DNA of 64,000 nucleotides, taken from NCBI RefSeq assembly GCF_009914755.1, contig NC_060926.1; one strand, written 5' to 3'. Within the stretch, counting starts at the first letter, position 1; every line of letters starts with the position of its first letter. The notes under the pieces are model-generated. The model ran no database searches and had not been told where the DNA came from. It was given only the letters and a program-made list of their open reading frames with translations. The DNA is from the human T2T-CHM13v2.0 reference genome, Homo sapiens. The position numbers were made by a program, and so were the translations under genes. Below are positions 15,001 to 29,108 of this stretch, in pieces.

Positions 15001-16838
15001 AGAGATACTGCAATTTCTTTCAAAGGAGTGCAGGAATTGACATTTATTGAGTCCCCTTCTATGGGCCAATTTCTCTTCTAGGCACTTTAAAATACAACAG
15101 AAGCTCATTAGAAGGAAGGGGCTGGGGAGGGGAATGGAGTGGAAGGGAACCATATTCTAGAAGAAGCAGATCTTAATTGAACAAAAAGAATTGACAGGTT
15201 CTCCCAGAAAAACGGAAGTGATTTGAAAAAAAAAAAAATCAGTTCATTTTAATGAGTATTTGCTGAAATCTGACTATATAGCCAAGCATTGAACTAGTTG
15301 CTGAGGGGTTCAATTGTGCTGTAGTTAAGAAAGAAAGGCCTTATGTAAGAAGACACAAGAAGTCAGAGGTGGAGGGAGGGCAGAAAAAGAGAGAGCAGGA
15401 TCAGGGGAGCATGGGATGGGTAGAGAGGAAGAGCAAAAGAGAGACCCAGAGTTATCAAGATGGAGACAGAAAAGAAACAGAGAAAGAGACATAGAAAGAG
15501 AAAAAGCCAAAAAGATAAAATAGAGAGAAAGAAAAACTGGTCCAGAACATGATGGAATTACACTGGGCAGACAGCAAGGTCGCTGCCAGAAATGTTGTGG
15601 GCCCCTGCAGAGTGATGTCTCCAACTGGCGTAATGACCTTGAGCACTGCCCTTGGAGGGTCACCAAGATGGTGGAGCATATGGGGGCTGGGGGTACAATG
15701 TGAGAGTTTGAGAGACAATGGGACACAGCAGGATTCTTGCTTCCCAAGTGAAATACATATTCTTGCTTCCCTTATTAAAATAAAATGTATTTGATGCTAT
15801 TTTCTTTTTATTAAGTACTTTTTGTAACTCAGTATTGAGAGTGTTTCTAGATGGGGAGCACTGGACCATCAGGCATACAGTTGCAGCTCAGTGCCAGTGT
15901 GTCACATCTTCCATTAAGGCCATTCATGGGCACTTGTGGCAACAGAGGATACTTATAAAAGGAGGAGTTTCTGCCTCTCCCTTAGGGGGACACGGGCCTG
16001 GCATTGTCCGTGAGGTGGTAACACAAGGGAAGCATTAAGCACAATGCCTGGCGTAAGCACATCATGATGTGATGTGTGGTCACCTGGCCTGTGAGGCAAA
16101 CGTGATTTTAAAAGACAACCTGGGTGCCGTACTTCTGAAATAGGTGCCCACCTTGCAGACACAGCAAAGGCCCTAAGCACCATAGCCCTGAAGGACGCCA
16201 TTACCCTGAGCCATAGTTTCACATGGTCAGCAAAGACCGCTTACTAGAGAAGCACAATAGCACCAGCTCAGCACTGACATGGTGCCTGGCTGATTAGCCC
16301 AGATTTCACCACCCAGGAACTTGAAGATCTAAATTTTTCCAATACGAAACAGCCTGTTTATGTTTGGCTTTTTAAAACCTACCCTTTTTCCTTTTCATAG
16401 CCCCATCCCCTGAGATTAACCTCGGGGCTGGATCTGGTTTCCTGCTTGGCAGTAAAACTTCGATTCACTGCTCAATATTTGATTCCAAACTCTGCATTTT
16501 CTCTTTAACAACAGGCTGTTCTCCTCTCATTTCCTTAGCACACAGGTTGAGGAATATAGAAGATGCTTGATCAAACTGGGTAAATTGAATTTGCTAGAAA
16601 AATAGAATCAGAGGGCCAAATAACCTTTGCATACATAAATACAGAAGAGTTCTTTTCTTTACCAGTGCCTGTTTTGCACAAACATGCATTAAAAGGCTTG
16701 GAAAAACATCTTCCAAAATTGACAATTGTTTTGTTAAGGGATTCTTTTATTAATTTAAATATGTATATTCATGTTTTCTAATTTTCCATTAACAGAGATA
16801 TGTTATTGTGTGATATAAGCGGGTAATATCATCCATGC

Positions 16839-17301
16839 TGTGATGGTTAATACTGATTAACTGATGGTTAATACTGAGTGTCAACTTGATTGGATTGAAG
16901 GATACAAAGTATTGATTCTAGCTGTGTCTGTGAGTCTGTTGCCAAAGGAGATTAACATTTGAGTCAGTGGGCTGGGAAAGGCAGATCCACCCTTAATCTG
17001 AGTGGGCACCAGCTAATCAGCTGCTAGCATGACTAGAATATAAGCAGGCAGAAAAATGTGAAAAGAGAGACTGTGACCTAGCCTCCCAGCCTACATCTTT
17101 CTCCCGTGCTGGATGCTTCCTGCCCTCGAACATCAGACTACAAGTTCTTCAGTTTTGGAACTCGGACTGGCTCTCTTTGCTCCTCAGCCTGCAGATGGCC
17201 TATTATGTGACCTTGTGATCGTGTGACTTAATACTTAGTAAATATATATATATATATATATTCCATTAATTCTGTCCCTGTAGAGAACCCTGACTAATAC
17301 A
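16839..17301 (+). mobile_element. MLT2A1/A2 (ERVL) solo LTR
   Basis: TG...CA termini; tgtgatggttaatactgagtgtcaacttgattggattgaagg...agagaaccctgactaataca; 5-bp TSD catgc/catgt. Confidence 0.92.
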
Positions 17302-18192
17302 CATGTTTTATGGGTATTTTATTTGTAGTAACACAACTCTAAATTATGTCACCGATTACAAGGGAAATGATGACCATTCTTTATGTCTAACCCTTGATTG
17401 GCAGTAAGGAAAACAGATAATACTAGAAAAACCCTAACTTTTTAAAATATTTTTTTAGTGGAGAGATAAGAACATTTCCTATAGTCTATAAAGGGAAAAG
17501 ACTAGACTTATTAGAGGAGATTTTCTGAGATGCAGGGAACAGACATTATAATAAACGCACTGCTAGTAAAGAAATTGTTTTTTAAAAGAAGAATTATACT
17601 TTTTAATATGCAGAAAAGAAAATCTTTGAAGATGTTAAAAATTCTGTAACTTCTGTAGATGTACTGAGTGTAAATCATAATTAATTTATATTTGGAAAGG
17701 AAACAGTTCTTAAATATACAGTAAAAACCAAACGACCACTATCTGGAGTTATCTCCTTAAAAATGAGCATTCTCCCTCAAAAACATTTAAGAAAATCTGG
17801 GACTATATGGAAGACGACAGCTCACTTGTGACTGTGCTTATGAAGGACACTGGAAGCCAGGAGAAATTGGCAGTGAACCTGCTTTAACGGAAACAGTGTC
17901 TAAAGGCCTTTGACTTTAAACTTGTCCATCATCTGGGGAATCTTTCTAGCCATGTTGATCTAAACATTTCTGAAAGCTTTCTCTTGGAATTGGCTTCAGG
18001 ACTAGGTTACAAACTAGTCACACTGAGAAAAATCAATCTCTTCACAATGTTTTAGCTATGTCTTATGACTTTTTTTTTTAATGTTGCTTTTGGCCACTAG
18101 AGGGTGGATTCTACTTATTATCTAGGCAAGTGAAAAAGGAAAAAAAAAAAGTTACTCAGGAGTTTAACAAAAGAGGAGGACTAAAAAGATAA

Positions 18193-18363
18193 GTGTGGGG
18201 AGGGGGGAGGGATAGCATTAGGAGATATACCTAATGCTAAATGACGAGTTAATGGGTGCAGCACATCAGCATGGCACATGTATACATATGTAACTAACCT
18301 GCACATTGTGCACATGTACCCTAAAACTTAAAGTATAATAATAATTAAAAAAAAAGAAAAAAA
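18193..18363 (+). mobile_element. Young L1PA 3' end (5'-truncated)
   Basis: gggatagcattaggagatatacctaatgctaaatgacgagttaatggg...aacttaaagtataataa plus A-tail; aaaaagat flanks both ends; GAG rather than L1HS-Ta ACA. Confidence 0.93.
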
Positions 18364-19175
18364 AGATGTCTTTTACAAAAGGAAATAGATGGCACAGAGG
18401 GATGCAAATGAATCTGCCAGGTTATATTTAAAGAAGAAATCCCATTCCCTTTAATAATAAAACATAACATTCAAATATTTCTCTACAGCTTGCAAATTCA
18501 CCAATATGTCCTCTATAAACATATGGTGTCTACAGTTTAAATTATCCATTGTAAAGTGGCCTATTTTTCTTACTTTTTATTTAAAATATTTTTAATGCAA
18601 ATGTTTGTAATACCATGATTAAAGCACCAAGATTAAATACTAAGTATAATGACAAAATAATATTTTATAATTTGAGTTAAAGATTATTGTGCTATGTGTG
18701 TTTACATATAAACAGTAAGAAAAGCATTTTAATAAAATAATCCCATACCCTCAATTGATTATCTAGCATGTTTATAAACACATAAAAATGGCTGGTTTAT
18801 AATTGAGGTGAGGAAGATGATAAGAAAGTTTAGAAAAGCAAAGGTAGACATACACCCTCACATTCCAGAAGTTTTTCATTATGGGATGCACAAAGATGGG
18901 TGCTGGGGCCAGCAAAGGCAACAAATGGGTGGGAGGGGGGAAAATCAAAGACTAAGACTCTATTATGGCACTTTGAAGAGAAAATAAAACCTAGATAATT
19001 ACTTTTACACAAGTATGCATACTAACAAAGAGAAATTTTAAACGGTATAAAAGTATAGAAGAGTTTTAAAATGTTTATTTCCTTTTAATTTATTTCACAA
19101 TCAATTGGTTAAATTTGGTTTAGTTGACCTCTTAGTTACTAATAGACATTCATTTGAGGTATCCGCACTCATCAC

Positions 19176-19360
19176 ACTTGGGTCTCAGTGCAGTCCCCAG
19201 ACCAGCAGCATCAACACCACCTGGGACCTAGTTAGAAATGTGTGTTCTCAGGTCACACTCAAGACCCGCTGATTCAGGGACTCTAAGGGTAAGGCCCAGA
19301 ACTCCATGACTTAAACCCTCTAACATGGTTCTGATGAGCACTCAAGTTTGAGAGCCACTA
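19176..19360 (+). mobile_element. MER5A
   Basis: ccagaccagcagcatcaacaccacctgggacctagttagaaatg...aagtttgagagccact. Confidence 0.78.
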
Positions 19361-19478
19361 AGCTATAGAATAGAAAAGTATACAACGTCTCCCACAATCT
19401 CTGACTCTCACAAATGCGGGGAAATGGTAGGGGTTGTCCAAGGAAAATGCTACATATAGTGTGGTTATGGGATTTTTT

Positions 19479-19831
<353 letters not shown>

Positions 19832-21462
19832 TTAACTAATCCAACCGCAAAACATATGGTCAGAACATGTACCAGCTATGGGCATATAAATAAACCAACA
19901 GTGAAACATATAGTCAAATGATCTACCAGCCATCGGCACATGGACTAAAGGAAGCTACCCTCCTCTCGAGGTTTACATAAGGGAAAAAAGTAACACAAAG
20001 GAATCCCAAAGTGACAACAAATGACGTATTGGAAAAGAAAGGCCAGAATGAAGGAAAGTAATAAGGATATAGCTGTGGCACAATGTGTTCTAGTTCCTCA
20101 CTGTATGACTAGGAGTCACACATGCCTAAGCGGAATGAGGATAAACAAGTTCATATTCAAATTCGTGAGGGCAATTTTTCCCACATCTCTGATCTAGCTT
20201 CCTTAACCCACAGGAATAATATTTTTGCAGAAAGGAATGTCAGAAAATGGAAGATATTAGAAGTATTTAATACAGCACCAAGATTAAGATTTTGAGTAAC
20301 ATACAGACCAGTAGGTAATATTAAAAATAATATTATAGTTTTGTAAAGATTAAGTGTGTTTCAAATTGACTATCATATACTAGACATTTGTGAATTAGCT
20401 TTTTGCATTCCTAATTATCTTGCCGAAAATTTGCTCTGAAGGTAATTTATGTTGCTTATCTTTTAAAATATATTTTGAATAAAACATAAAAGCTCTACTT
20501 TAAAAAGGAAAGAAAGAAAAAAGCATAAACAATCTAAGGTAACAATTTTTGCAAACCAAAAATTGGGAACCATGATCTGACAAAGTTGCGCTGTTTCCAA
20601 TTATATATCAGAGGTGGCCTCATAGATACATAGTTTGGTAGCAAAGTATTTGTGTGATGGAAAACAAAATACTGTGACTGGGATTATTCCAGAAAATTTT
20701 GGTACACGGAGTCCACAATGCAGACCACGATTATCTTTCTGGCTGTATTTACTTTCATTCCCCTATCACTGGGGACATTCACAGGCACAATGCAATCGTG
20801 TCATCCTCTAAGCTTTCTATTAGTCATTGCCATTCTCGAGTAAATATGCTAAATCCTAAATATTGTTAAACACCAGGGAAATTTCTCATGATCCTTTAAG
20901 AACAGTTTTAGAAGCACACACCTTCCACTTGGCCACTATCCCTAAGGGCTACAAATGCCCAAGGGCTGAAGCTGACAGTCAGGACTTCAGCTAAAGAATT
21001 TCATGGGGAAATTCAGCCTTGATGCAACTGGATTACAAAGAAAATTTCAAAATGTAAATAAATCAGAAATGACAACTCAATTATATGAGTAAATTCTGAA
21101 TTCTCTTCCAACTTTCTTTATTAAATTAAGGATGCCTAAACACACAGCATTTGTTCATTTAAGAGTTGATAAAGCAGTGAAAAATCAGAAGTGTGTTTTT
21201 ATTTGGTGACTTAAGATTCTAGGAGAATATATATGTTAATAACCTGAAGGGAAAAATGAAACTTCTTTGAAATAAAGCCAGGAACAAGGCTCAATCTATA
21301 TGGAATTATGAGGTAAGTAAAGAAGTTTTCTCCTAGACATTCCTTATCACTTGAGTAGGCAAGTTCAGGGGACCTCACCATTTCTTTTCAAGCAACCAAA
21401 GATTAAACACTGTTTTTCAACTTTCTTTCTCCTCAAATCTGCTTACATATATAGAGACAATT

Positions 21463-21501
<39 letters not shown>

Positions 21502-21522
21502 GTGCACACACACACACAGACA
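21463..21522. repeat. (TA)n(CA)n microsatellite
   Basis: Direct reading. Confidence 0.9.
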
Positions 21523-21583
21523 CATCACATCACATTCTTCACATATTTAGGTTTAAGGTTATGGTAGATTGAAAAAAAAATAG

Positions 21584-22040
21584 CTACAAGTTCTGTGCAG
21601 CTCCTCCTATCAAGAAACAGAGTCTATAAGCTTGGCCCTGTGACTTGCTCATGCCACTGGGACATCGGCAAACAACAGAAGAAGCAGCTTTAAAGAGAGC
21701 ATGCATATGGGACCTTGTGTTCTGTTGCTGCTTTCGGAACCCTACAATCGTGGGAAGAAGCCCCGACTGGTCTGCTGGATGAAGAGAGACATGTGGCTTA
21801 GTTGCCCCCATCACTCCAGCTAACTGCCAGCAATATAAGAGGGGTCATCCAGGACCCGGCAGTCCCCAGCTGGCTTGCCAGCTGACCACAAAAGCATGAG
21901 TGGGCACATGGAATAGAGAAGAGACATCCCAGCTAAACCCTGCCCAAATTATCAACCCACAGAATCACAAACAATAAGTGGTTTTCTTAAGCCATCAAGT
22001 CTTGGAATGTTTTGTTACACAGCAATGACTAACTAATACA
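21584..22040 (+). mobile_element. MLT1 (G/H-like) MaLR LTR
   Basis: ccctgtgacttgct...cccagctaaaccctgcccaaatt...ttaagcca...ttgttacacagcaatgactaactaataca. Confidence 0.78.
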
Positions 22041-22504
22041 AAGGTTGATTGCCAGGTACAATGTCTAACTTAAATAAATAAAACCACAAAGATAAACTTT
22101 TAGGCATCAGAGACCTGGTAAAAAAGGTATTTTTACGGAGTAGTAAAGAGGAGTCTTCTCAAAATAGTACCACCAGGTACTACATATTCCTTAGTTTAGA
22201 CCTACTTTAATTGGGCTTATCCAATCTAAAAGCAACACCTACTAATGAATTGAACCTAGGACATTCACTCTGATCTGAGGCATCAGAAACCATCTGGTAG
22301 AGTAAAATTGAAACATGATCTTGGTAATCATCAACATATCATTAAGACTTCAGTCCAACCAACTAAGGACCTCTTTAGGCAATTCCTATAAAACCAAGTG
22401 GGATTGTAATTTTTTAATGATTTTGGCAATATGTTTATTCACAATATAAACTGTTTGGTAAAAGATAAACATGTGCCTAACAAGTTAACAACATTTGATT
22501 GTGA

Positions 22505-22980
22505 TTTTTTTTAACTTTTATTTTAGGTTCAGGGATACACAGGCAGGTTTTTCATATAAGTAAATTACATGTCTCAGGGGTTTGGTGTACAGATTATTTT
22601 CTCACCCAGGTAATAAGTATAGTACACAGTAAGTAGTTTTTCGACCCTCATCCTCCTCCCCACTCAAGCAGGATCCAGCGTCTATTGTTCCCTTCTTTGT
22701 GTCCATATGTACTCGAAGTTTAGCTCCCACTTATAAGCGAGAACATGAAATATTTGGTTTTCTGTTTCTGTATTAGTTTGCTTAGGATAATAGCCTGTGG
22801 ATCCATACATGTTACTGCAAAAGACATGATCCCCTGCTTTTTCATGACTGCACAGTATTACATTGTGTATATGTACCACTTTTTAAAAATCCAGTCTACC
22901 ACTGATGGGCATTTAGGTTGATTCCGTGTCTTTGCTATTGTGAATAGCGCTGTGATGAACATATGTATGTATGTGTCTTT
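22505..22980 (-). mobile_element. L1PA(13-16)-like 3' end
   Basis: T-run then aacttttattttaggttcaggg...ttagctcccacttataag...gctattgtgaatag. Confidence 0.9.
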
Positions 22981-23698
22981 CAAATTCAGGAAATGCAGAG
23001 AACACCTATGAAATACTACAAAAGAAGGCCATGCCCAAGATAGTCATCAGATTCTCCGATGTCAAAAATGAAAGAAAAAATGTTAAAGGCAGCTAGAGAG
23101 AAGGAGCAGGTCACCTACAAAGTGAACTCCATCAGACTAACAGCAGACCTGTCAGCAGAAACCCTACAAGCCAGAAGAGATTGGGGACCTGTATTCAACA
23201 TTCAAAAGAAAAAAAAATTATAACAAGAATTCCATGTCCAGCCAATCTAAGCTTCATAAGCAAAGGAGAAATAAGATGCTTTTTGAACAAGCAAATGTTA
23301 GGGGAATTTGTCACCACCAGACCTGCTTTACAAGAGGTCCTGAAGGAAGTGCTAAATATGGAAAGGAAAGACCATTACCGGCCACTACAAAAACACACTT
23401 AAGTACATAAAGCAGTGACACTATAAAGCGGTCACACAAGCAAGTCTGCACAATAACCAACTAAAAACATGGTGACAGGATCACATCCACACATATCAAT
23501 ACTAACCTTGAATGTAAATGGGCTACATGCCCCAATTAAAAGGCACAGAGTGGCCGGTTGGATAAAGAAGCAAAACCCAATGGTATGCTATCTTTGAGAG
23601 ACCCATCTCACACACAATGATACCCATAGGCCAAAATAAACAGATGGAGAAAAATCTACCAAACAAACAGAAAACATAAAAAGGCAGGGGCTGCTATA
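22981..23698 (+). mobile_element. L1 ORF1 C-terminus / ORF2 start (inverted relative to the adjacent 3' end)
   Basis: Encodes EFVTTRPALQEVLKEVLNME (ORF1p) and TGSHPHISILTLNVNGL (ORF2p endonuclease start). Confidence 0.92.
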
Positions 23699-25289
23699 CA
23701 AATAGGATTTTAAAGAGAGCATTGAGGCACTGCATAAAGAAGCACGTGAGTGAGATGGAAGAGGAAATGCTGTTTTGAAAAATCAATACCCGCTATGAGT
23801 TGACAATGTTCTGGGATTTAAAGAAAAGGTTATGTATCAATCTGCTTCAGGCAAACCTAAGAGCTCTGAATCTTCATTAAAACTGAAGCTGTTCTGTAAA
23901 AGCATTCAGTGAATGCAGCAACTTTCACAGTGTGCTTTCAAACTGCAAATTAATGGGCATGATAGAAAACAATGGAAGAAATACAGGGCATTGTCCCCAG
24001 GTTGTTGTATAAATCCAAACCAATGAAGAATTTAAATGCATAGTGAAGGCTACAAGTCCAGAAAAAAGTAGGACATGCAGCAAATCTCCTTATTGGTGGT
24101 CTAATTGGGACTCAGGAAGTAGACTACCATAAGTCACAATATATCTCAAACATCACCTATAATGGCACATTGTTACAGAGTTTCCAATCCTCCATGATTG
24201 ACATTGACGGCAAATCATTTCCACTAAGCCAGTCTTGTGGGAAGGCGTGCTACTGAAGGAACATGTCATCAAAGCTATCTCAAAGTAGAGAACTAAAAAC
24301 AACAAAAGTCAAATATGAAAAGGAAAGAACATTTCAGGGACTATAATGTCACCAGAGCCAGGTGAAAAGAAACAACAACAAAGGAATCCATGACATATAA
24401 TCATCAATGCAGGAGGTTTTCAGGGAATCAGGTGGTAAGAAAAATTGCTAGTAGGCATTGGGGACCCCAGAAATGAGAAGCGCTAATCAAGAGAAACTAC
24501 CTAGGCTGAAGGGTGCATAGCTGTCATGTGGTTATGTCTGCATTTCTCATTTGAGTCACAGGAAAGGAAGTTTCTTTAATTAGGTGCATCCGGCAGGCAT
24601 CAAATCAAATAAAATCATAAGCTTCAGTCACAGGTAGTTCTCAGCATCAATTTCAAAGAAGTGGATTGCTGGATCTACAGAATGAAGCAAAGACAGAAGA
24701 AGGGGGCTCCCTACCTAGATGCGGTTCAATACCCTTGGAAGTCAGAGTTGCGCTTCTCTGTGCTGGGAAGTAGGAAACGTCTATTGGTCAAGTATCATCC
24801 ATTGAACTATAATGAAGGCCACCTTTCATGCCAAGCTTTGAGGCATCCACTTAAAGATCCATCTCAGGAGCTATGCTGAGACAGAGGAGTCTGGAATCTT
24901 GTTCTTGTGATTGGTTCAAACATAAGTGAGAGCCCAGGTTTGCACCTAACTTGGGGTGTCACATGTAGGCTTCTGAGGATTAGGGTTAAAATATCACCTC
25001 CGCCTCCTGTTGTTTAAACTCTCAATGCCTCCATTACCTTATCCTTAAATAAAAGAATAGGAATACTCCAACGGGGGGCAAGTAAGAGAAAATAAGTGTC
25101 AGGTGTTTGGCACACAGTCTATTATAAATGCAGTAAGCTTTCATAGATAGTCGCTACTCTAGTCAAAGCCAGATGGGATGAAGTCACTCTCTGGGTCAAC
25201 AGAGCTGAATCAATGTGGCTGACAAATCCCAATTTAATATATTAATTTGAAGTGGCTATTAACACAGCTACCACTTGAAAAATCTGGTT

Positions 25290-25421
25290 AGAATACCTAA
25301 TGGGTACGATGTACATTATTTGAGTAATGGCTACCCTAAAAGCCCTGATTTCACCACTATGCAATCTATGCGTATAACAAAATTATACTTACACTTCATA
25401 AGCTTATACAAATTTTTAAAA
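25290..25421 (+). mobile_element. L1MA/PB 3' UTR fragment
   Basis: atgggtacgatgtacattatttgagtaatggctaccctaaaagccctgatttcaccactatgcaatctatg. Confidence 0.8.
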
Positions 25422-25504
25422 ACAGAAAAATTTTTCAGTCAGTTATTTACCCTTGGTGAGTCAAGGCCACTTTTGACCCCATTTGCTATTTACTCTGAGC
25501 TAAC

Positions 25505-26105
25505 AGAGGCTCCAGCAGGTCCCAATTGCCTGGATTCAAGTCCCAGCTTCATCCTTAACTGGCTGTATTGTCATGGGCAGAGAAATGACAACAACAATGG
25601 GTCCCACTTCATAAGGACTATGGGGATTCAAGAAGCCAATTCAATCAAAGAGCTTTGCCCAGCATCTGGCACTTAAATAGTTATCACCGGAGTCACAGAA
25701 AGCCACCATCAAGGCAAGCAGTCGCTTAACCCTGCAAGAAGTTGAATGTGCACCCATTATTCAAGAATGCCCACTATGGCCATTTCATCTCACCTCCAGT
25801 CCAACTCTAACCTTGAACCTCATATAAAAAGAATAAAAACACAAATGTAAAAATGTCCTCAGTGGTCTTTCCCAAGTAACGGAATATCCAATGTCTGCGC
25901 TAATGCTCCACCATTTTATAGATTTCAAGGTGGAGGACCATCTGTATCATTTCATTTGAGCTTCACAAGCCAGTTATGTTTGTCTGCATTTTAAAGGTGA
26001 GAAAAGTAATGCTGATAGAGGCCAATGGCACAGCTGTTCGGAGGCAAAGCTGGTACTTAAATTCAGCTCTTCTCAACGCTAAGCTCAGGCCCCTTTCCAT
26101 CCAGC
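25505..26105. mobile_element. Two MIR fragments (+ ~25505-25675; - ~25940-26105)
   Basis: cctggattcaagtcccagct; cattttaaaggtgagaaaa. Confidence 0.55.
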
Positions 26106-26999
26106 CAAGGAAGAAAGGCAAGGCATGCAGGATTTCAGTTCTAAAATCCAGATTCACAGACATTCTCAACAGTGAAAGAAAACAGTGATTGGATCATAAT
26201 AATTTTCAACCACATAGTAAGAGTCAATGGCTTTGTTACAAAATAGTGGTAGGGAGGTCCCCATCTGACCCTCCAGGGCCATAAGCTTGATGAGAATGTT
26301 CTGATACTGTGCTGGCAGGGCTGCAAAACGAGCTGTCCTCAGAAATGCATAGGTTAGTGACGTTAAGTTGTTACCAGCTGCCATTTGCAACTTTCATTCC
26401 AGGCAAGATGACGTAAAATGATTTCTGCTGTCCTCACAGACTCTGCTAACTCCTATTTTTAGTAGGCAAATCTCACACCTTTTCAACACTACTGCAGCAA
26501 AGAATGAGTTCTGAATGATTTGAATTTTGAGGGAAAGTCAGGGAGTGGTGGGAGCAGAAATCCCTTACAATTAAAGACCAGTTCATTAACGTTTTCATAC
26601 ATATGGATTAACCAATTTAAGTGAGGTGAAAAAGCAGCCTTGTGAATAGATTTGTAATATCAGGAATCTCATAAAAATTTCATGCTCCACCAGCAAGTGC
26701 CCTTGGCTTAACAGCAGTGTCCTTCCTCCCCTTGTATTAATTTCTCAGGTCAGAAGCCTAAAGAAGGCAAATATCACGAATTCTACCTGAATGCCCCCAC
26801 AACTTACAATCAAACAAGATGAAGATGGAGAATGGCTGTGGCCACAGTTTGGAAGCATGCTTAGGAAAGGTACCTTAGCGTCTGGACGTCTAGTGGAGCC
26901 TGACTCAGCTCCTCACGCCCTGGGCAGTGCCCTCTCATCCTCCTCCCTCCCCTGACTCCCAGGATACCGCCCTCACCCTGCAACCTCCCGACCTCCCAA

Positions 27000-27780
27000 C
27001 TCACTGCTGGCTCCTCTGCCCTCTCCTGTGGCCACTACTACCTCCAACCTCAAAGCAAGAACTCTGCAACTCTCTTCCAATTTTTTCCCCTTTCTTTTTA
27101 CACTCTCACCCTCTCCTATCTTGATGGCTTCCATGACTTTCTCTAGCATCCATACAATGGGAACTCTCTCTATATATTTTCCCCTGGTTTCAGCCTTGTT
27201 CCCACATTCCAGCCCCAAGTAAGAACCATTTACTGACACATCCATGTTGCTCAGCCTGCTGTACCCAAGCCCTAAAGAGGGTGCGTATGCACATTTCCCA
27301 TTTCCTCTGAATCACCCAGAGGGGTCCTTTGACTCCATTCACACCCTTGTTCCCCGCATCCAACTGACAACTGAACCCTGATGATCCCGATCCTCACATA
27401 AACGTTTAACCCATCCTTTCATTCCCACACACAAGTTCATGCCTTTATTTCTATTGGTACTTGCTAGAAGATCTCTATCTTTTCATCTCTTTTTGACCAT
27501 AATATATGCCAAATACTATGAGAATAATCTGTCTAAAATACATATCAGCTCATATATACCCAATAATGCCAAATGTCTGCAAGTCTTCTTAATCCAAACT
27601 CCTTAGCATCTACATTCTCCCCACATGTGTCCCCATGAGCATTTTCAGCCTTACTACCTATTGCTGCATCTAATGCATCTTATCCTGCAGCAAACTGGAT
27701 CCACTCTTCTTTGAACTCCTCCCCCATGACCCAGGACTTCCCCCACGTATAAATCCAAACAATATTTCAGTGTCCAACTC
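27000..27780 (+). mobile_element. L2 fragment
   Basis: Pyrimidine-rich, L2-like (cctttgactccattc, atccaaactccttagc). Confidence 0.5.
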
Positions 27781-27888
27781 ATTGGAAATTCTGAACTATT
27801 GTTCAGAATTTTATATGAACTATTGTTCATATAAAAATTCAATCAATTGCCATCCTCAATACTTCAAGCATTTTAATTAATTAAGTTC

Positions 27889-28480
27889 TGTCAATGCCCT
27901 TCAACCAAAGACTACTAAGGACACACCTGTAGTTGAACAAGTTGAGTTTATTACCCATTGCAGTTAGAGAGACTGCACGCCATGGGAATCGTGGAGTGTC
28001 TCAATTAGAAGGTGTTAGATGGGATTTATTATAGGATTTGAACTCTGGTTAGGTTATTTGGGGAGATTTCACTCTAGAGTGAATGCTGGATGCTGTCAGA
28101 AAGCAGGAGCAATTCTTATCTAAAGAATGGGAAGGCTAGAGCAAGACCAATGCTGTATTTGGTAAAGAGGAAGCTGTCACTCTACATATGTGACACTAAG
28201 AACTGAGAGAAAGTGGATACTTGGTATTTTGCGGGTTGCAGGGTGACCTTGTTTTTGTATTGGACAAAATTATAAAGTGGTCTTGTTTTGCCTGACTCTA
28301 TCATAGCCTCTGAATGGTCATATCCAATATCCGTGTTATGTGGAATTGTTGATGTTCTTAAGTCCAGCAGAAGACATCATGGCCCAGCTGTAAGCATCAG
28401 ACCAGCTCCTAACGACCTCAAGGTCTACCTGTAAGTGCCAAGCAAGCTCCTGACATCAGCGGCTGCTCTTCTTTTTCTCA
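27889..28480 (-). mobile_element. ERV solo LTR (MER76-like)
   Basis: TG...CA termini, gttc duplicated on both sides, minus strand starts TGAGAAAAAGAAGAGCAGCC, AATAAA on minus strand at 27947-27952. Family name uncertain. Confidence 0.7.
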
Positions 28481-28786
28481 GTTCTCAGCATCATCATGAT
28501 GTCAATATACAGATTTAAACATTCTCTAAAGCAGAGCACAGATTATGAAGAGTAAAGCAAACTCTCCCTTGCTACAGATGCAGCTGGGTGATCAGGATTC
28601 CATTTGGGGTCCCAATGGTGAGGTGGGCATCATATTTTGGAATACAGAAAAGGAAGGACATGAGGGCAGGATTAGGATCTGGAGGAAAAAGGTAATATAT
28701 TCTATACAATCTACAACTCTCAAGAATAGTGTGATATGCAGATCAGAAACCCCCTACAGCATGTTAAATATAAGAATGCCTTCATC

Positions 28787-29108
<322 letters not shown>

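Noticed and set aside
15325-15747. 140-aa hydrophobic ORF on the minus strand
   Set aside because: Arises from a GA-rich low-complexity tract; no homology or splice support.
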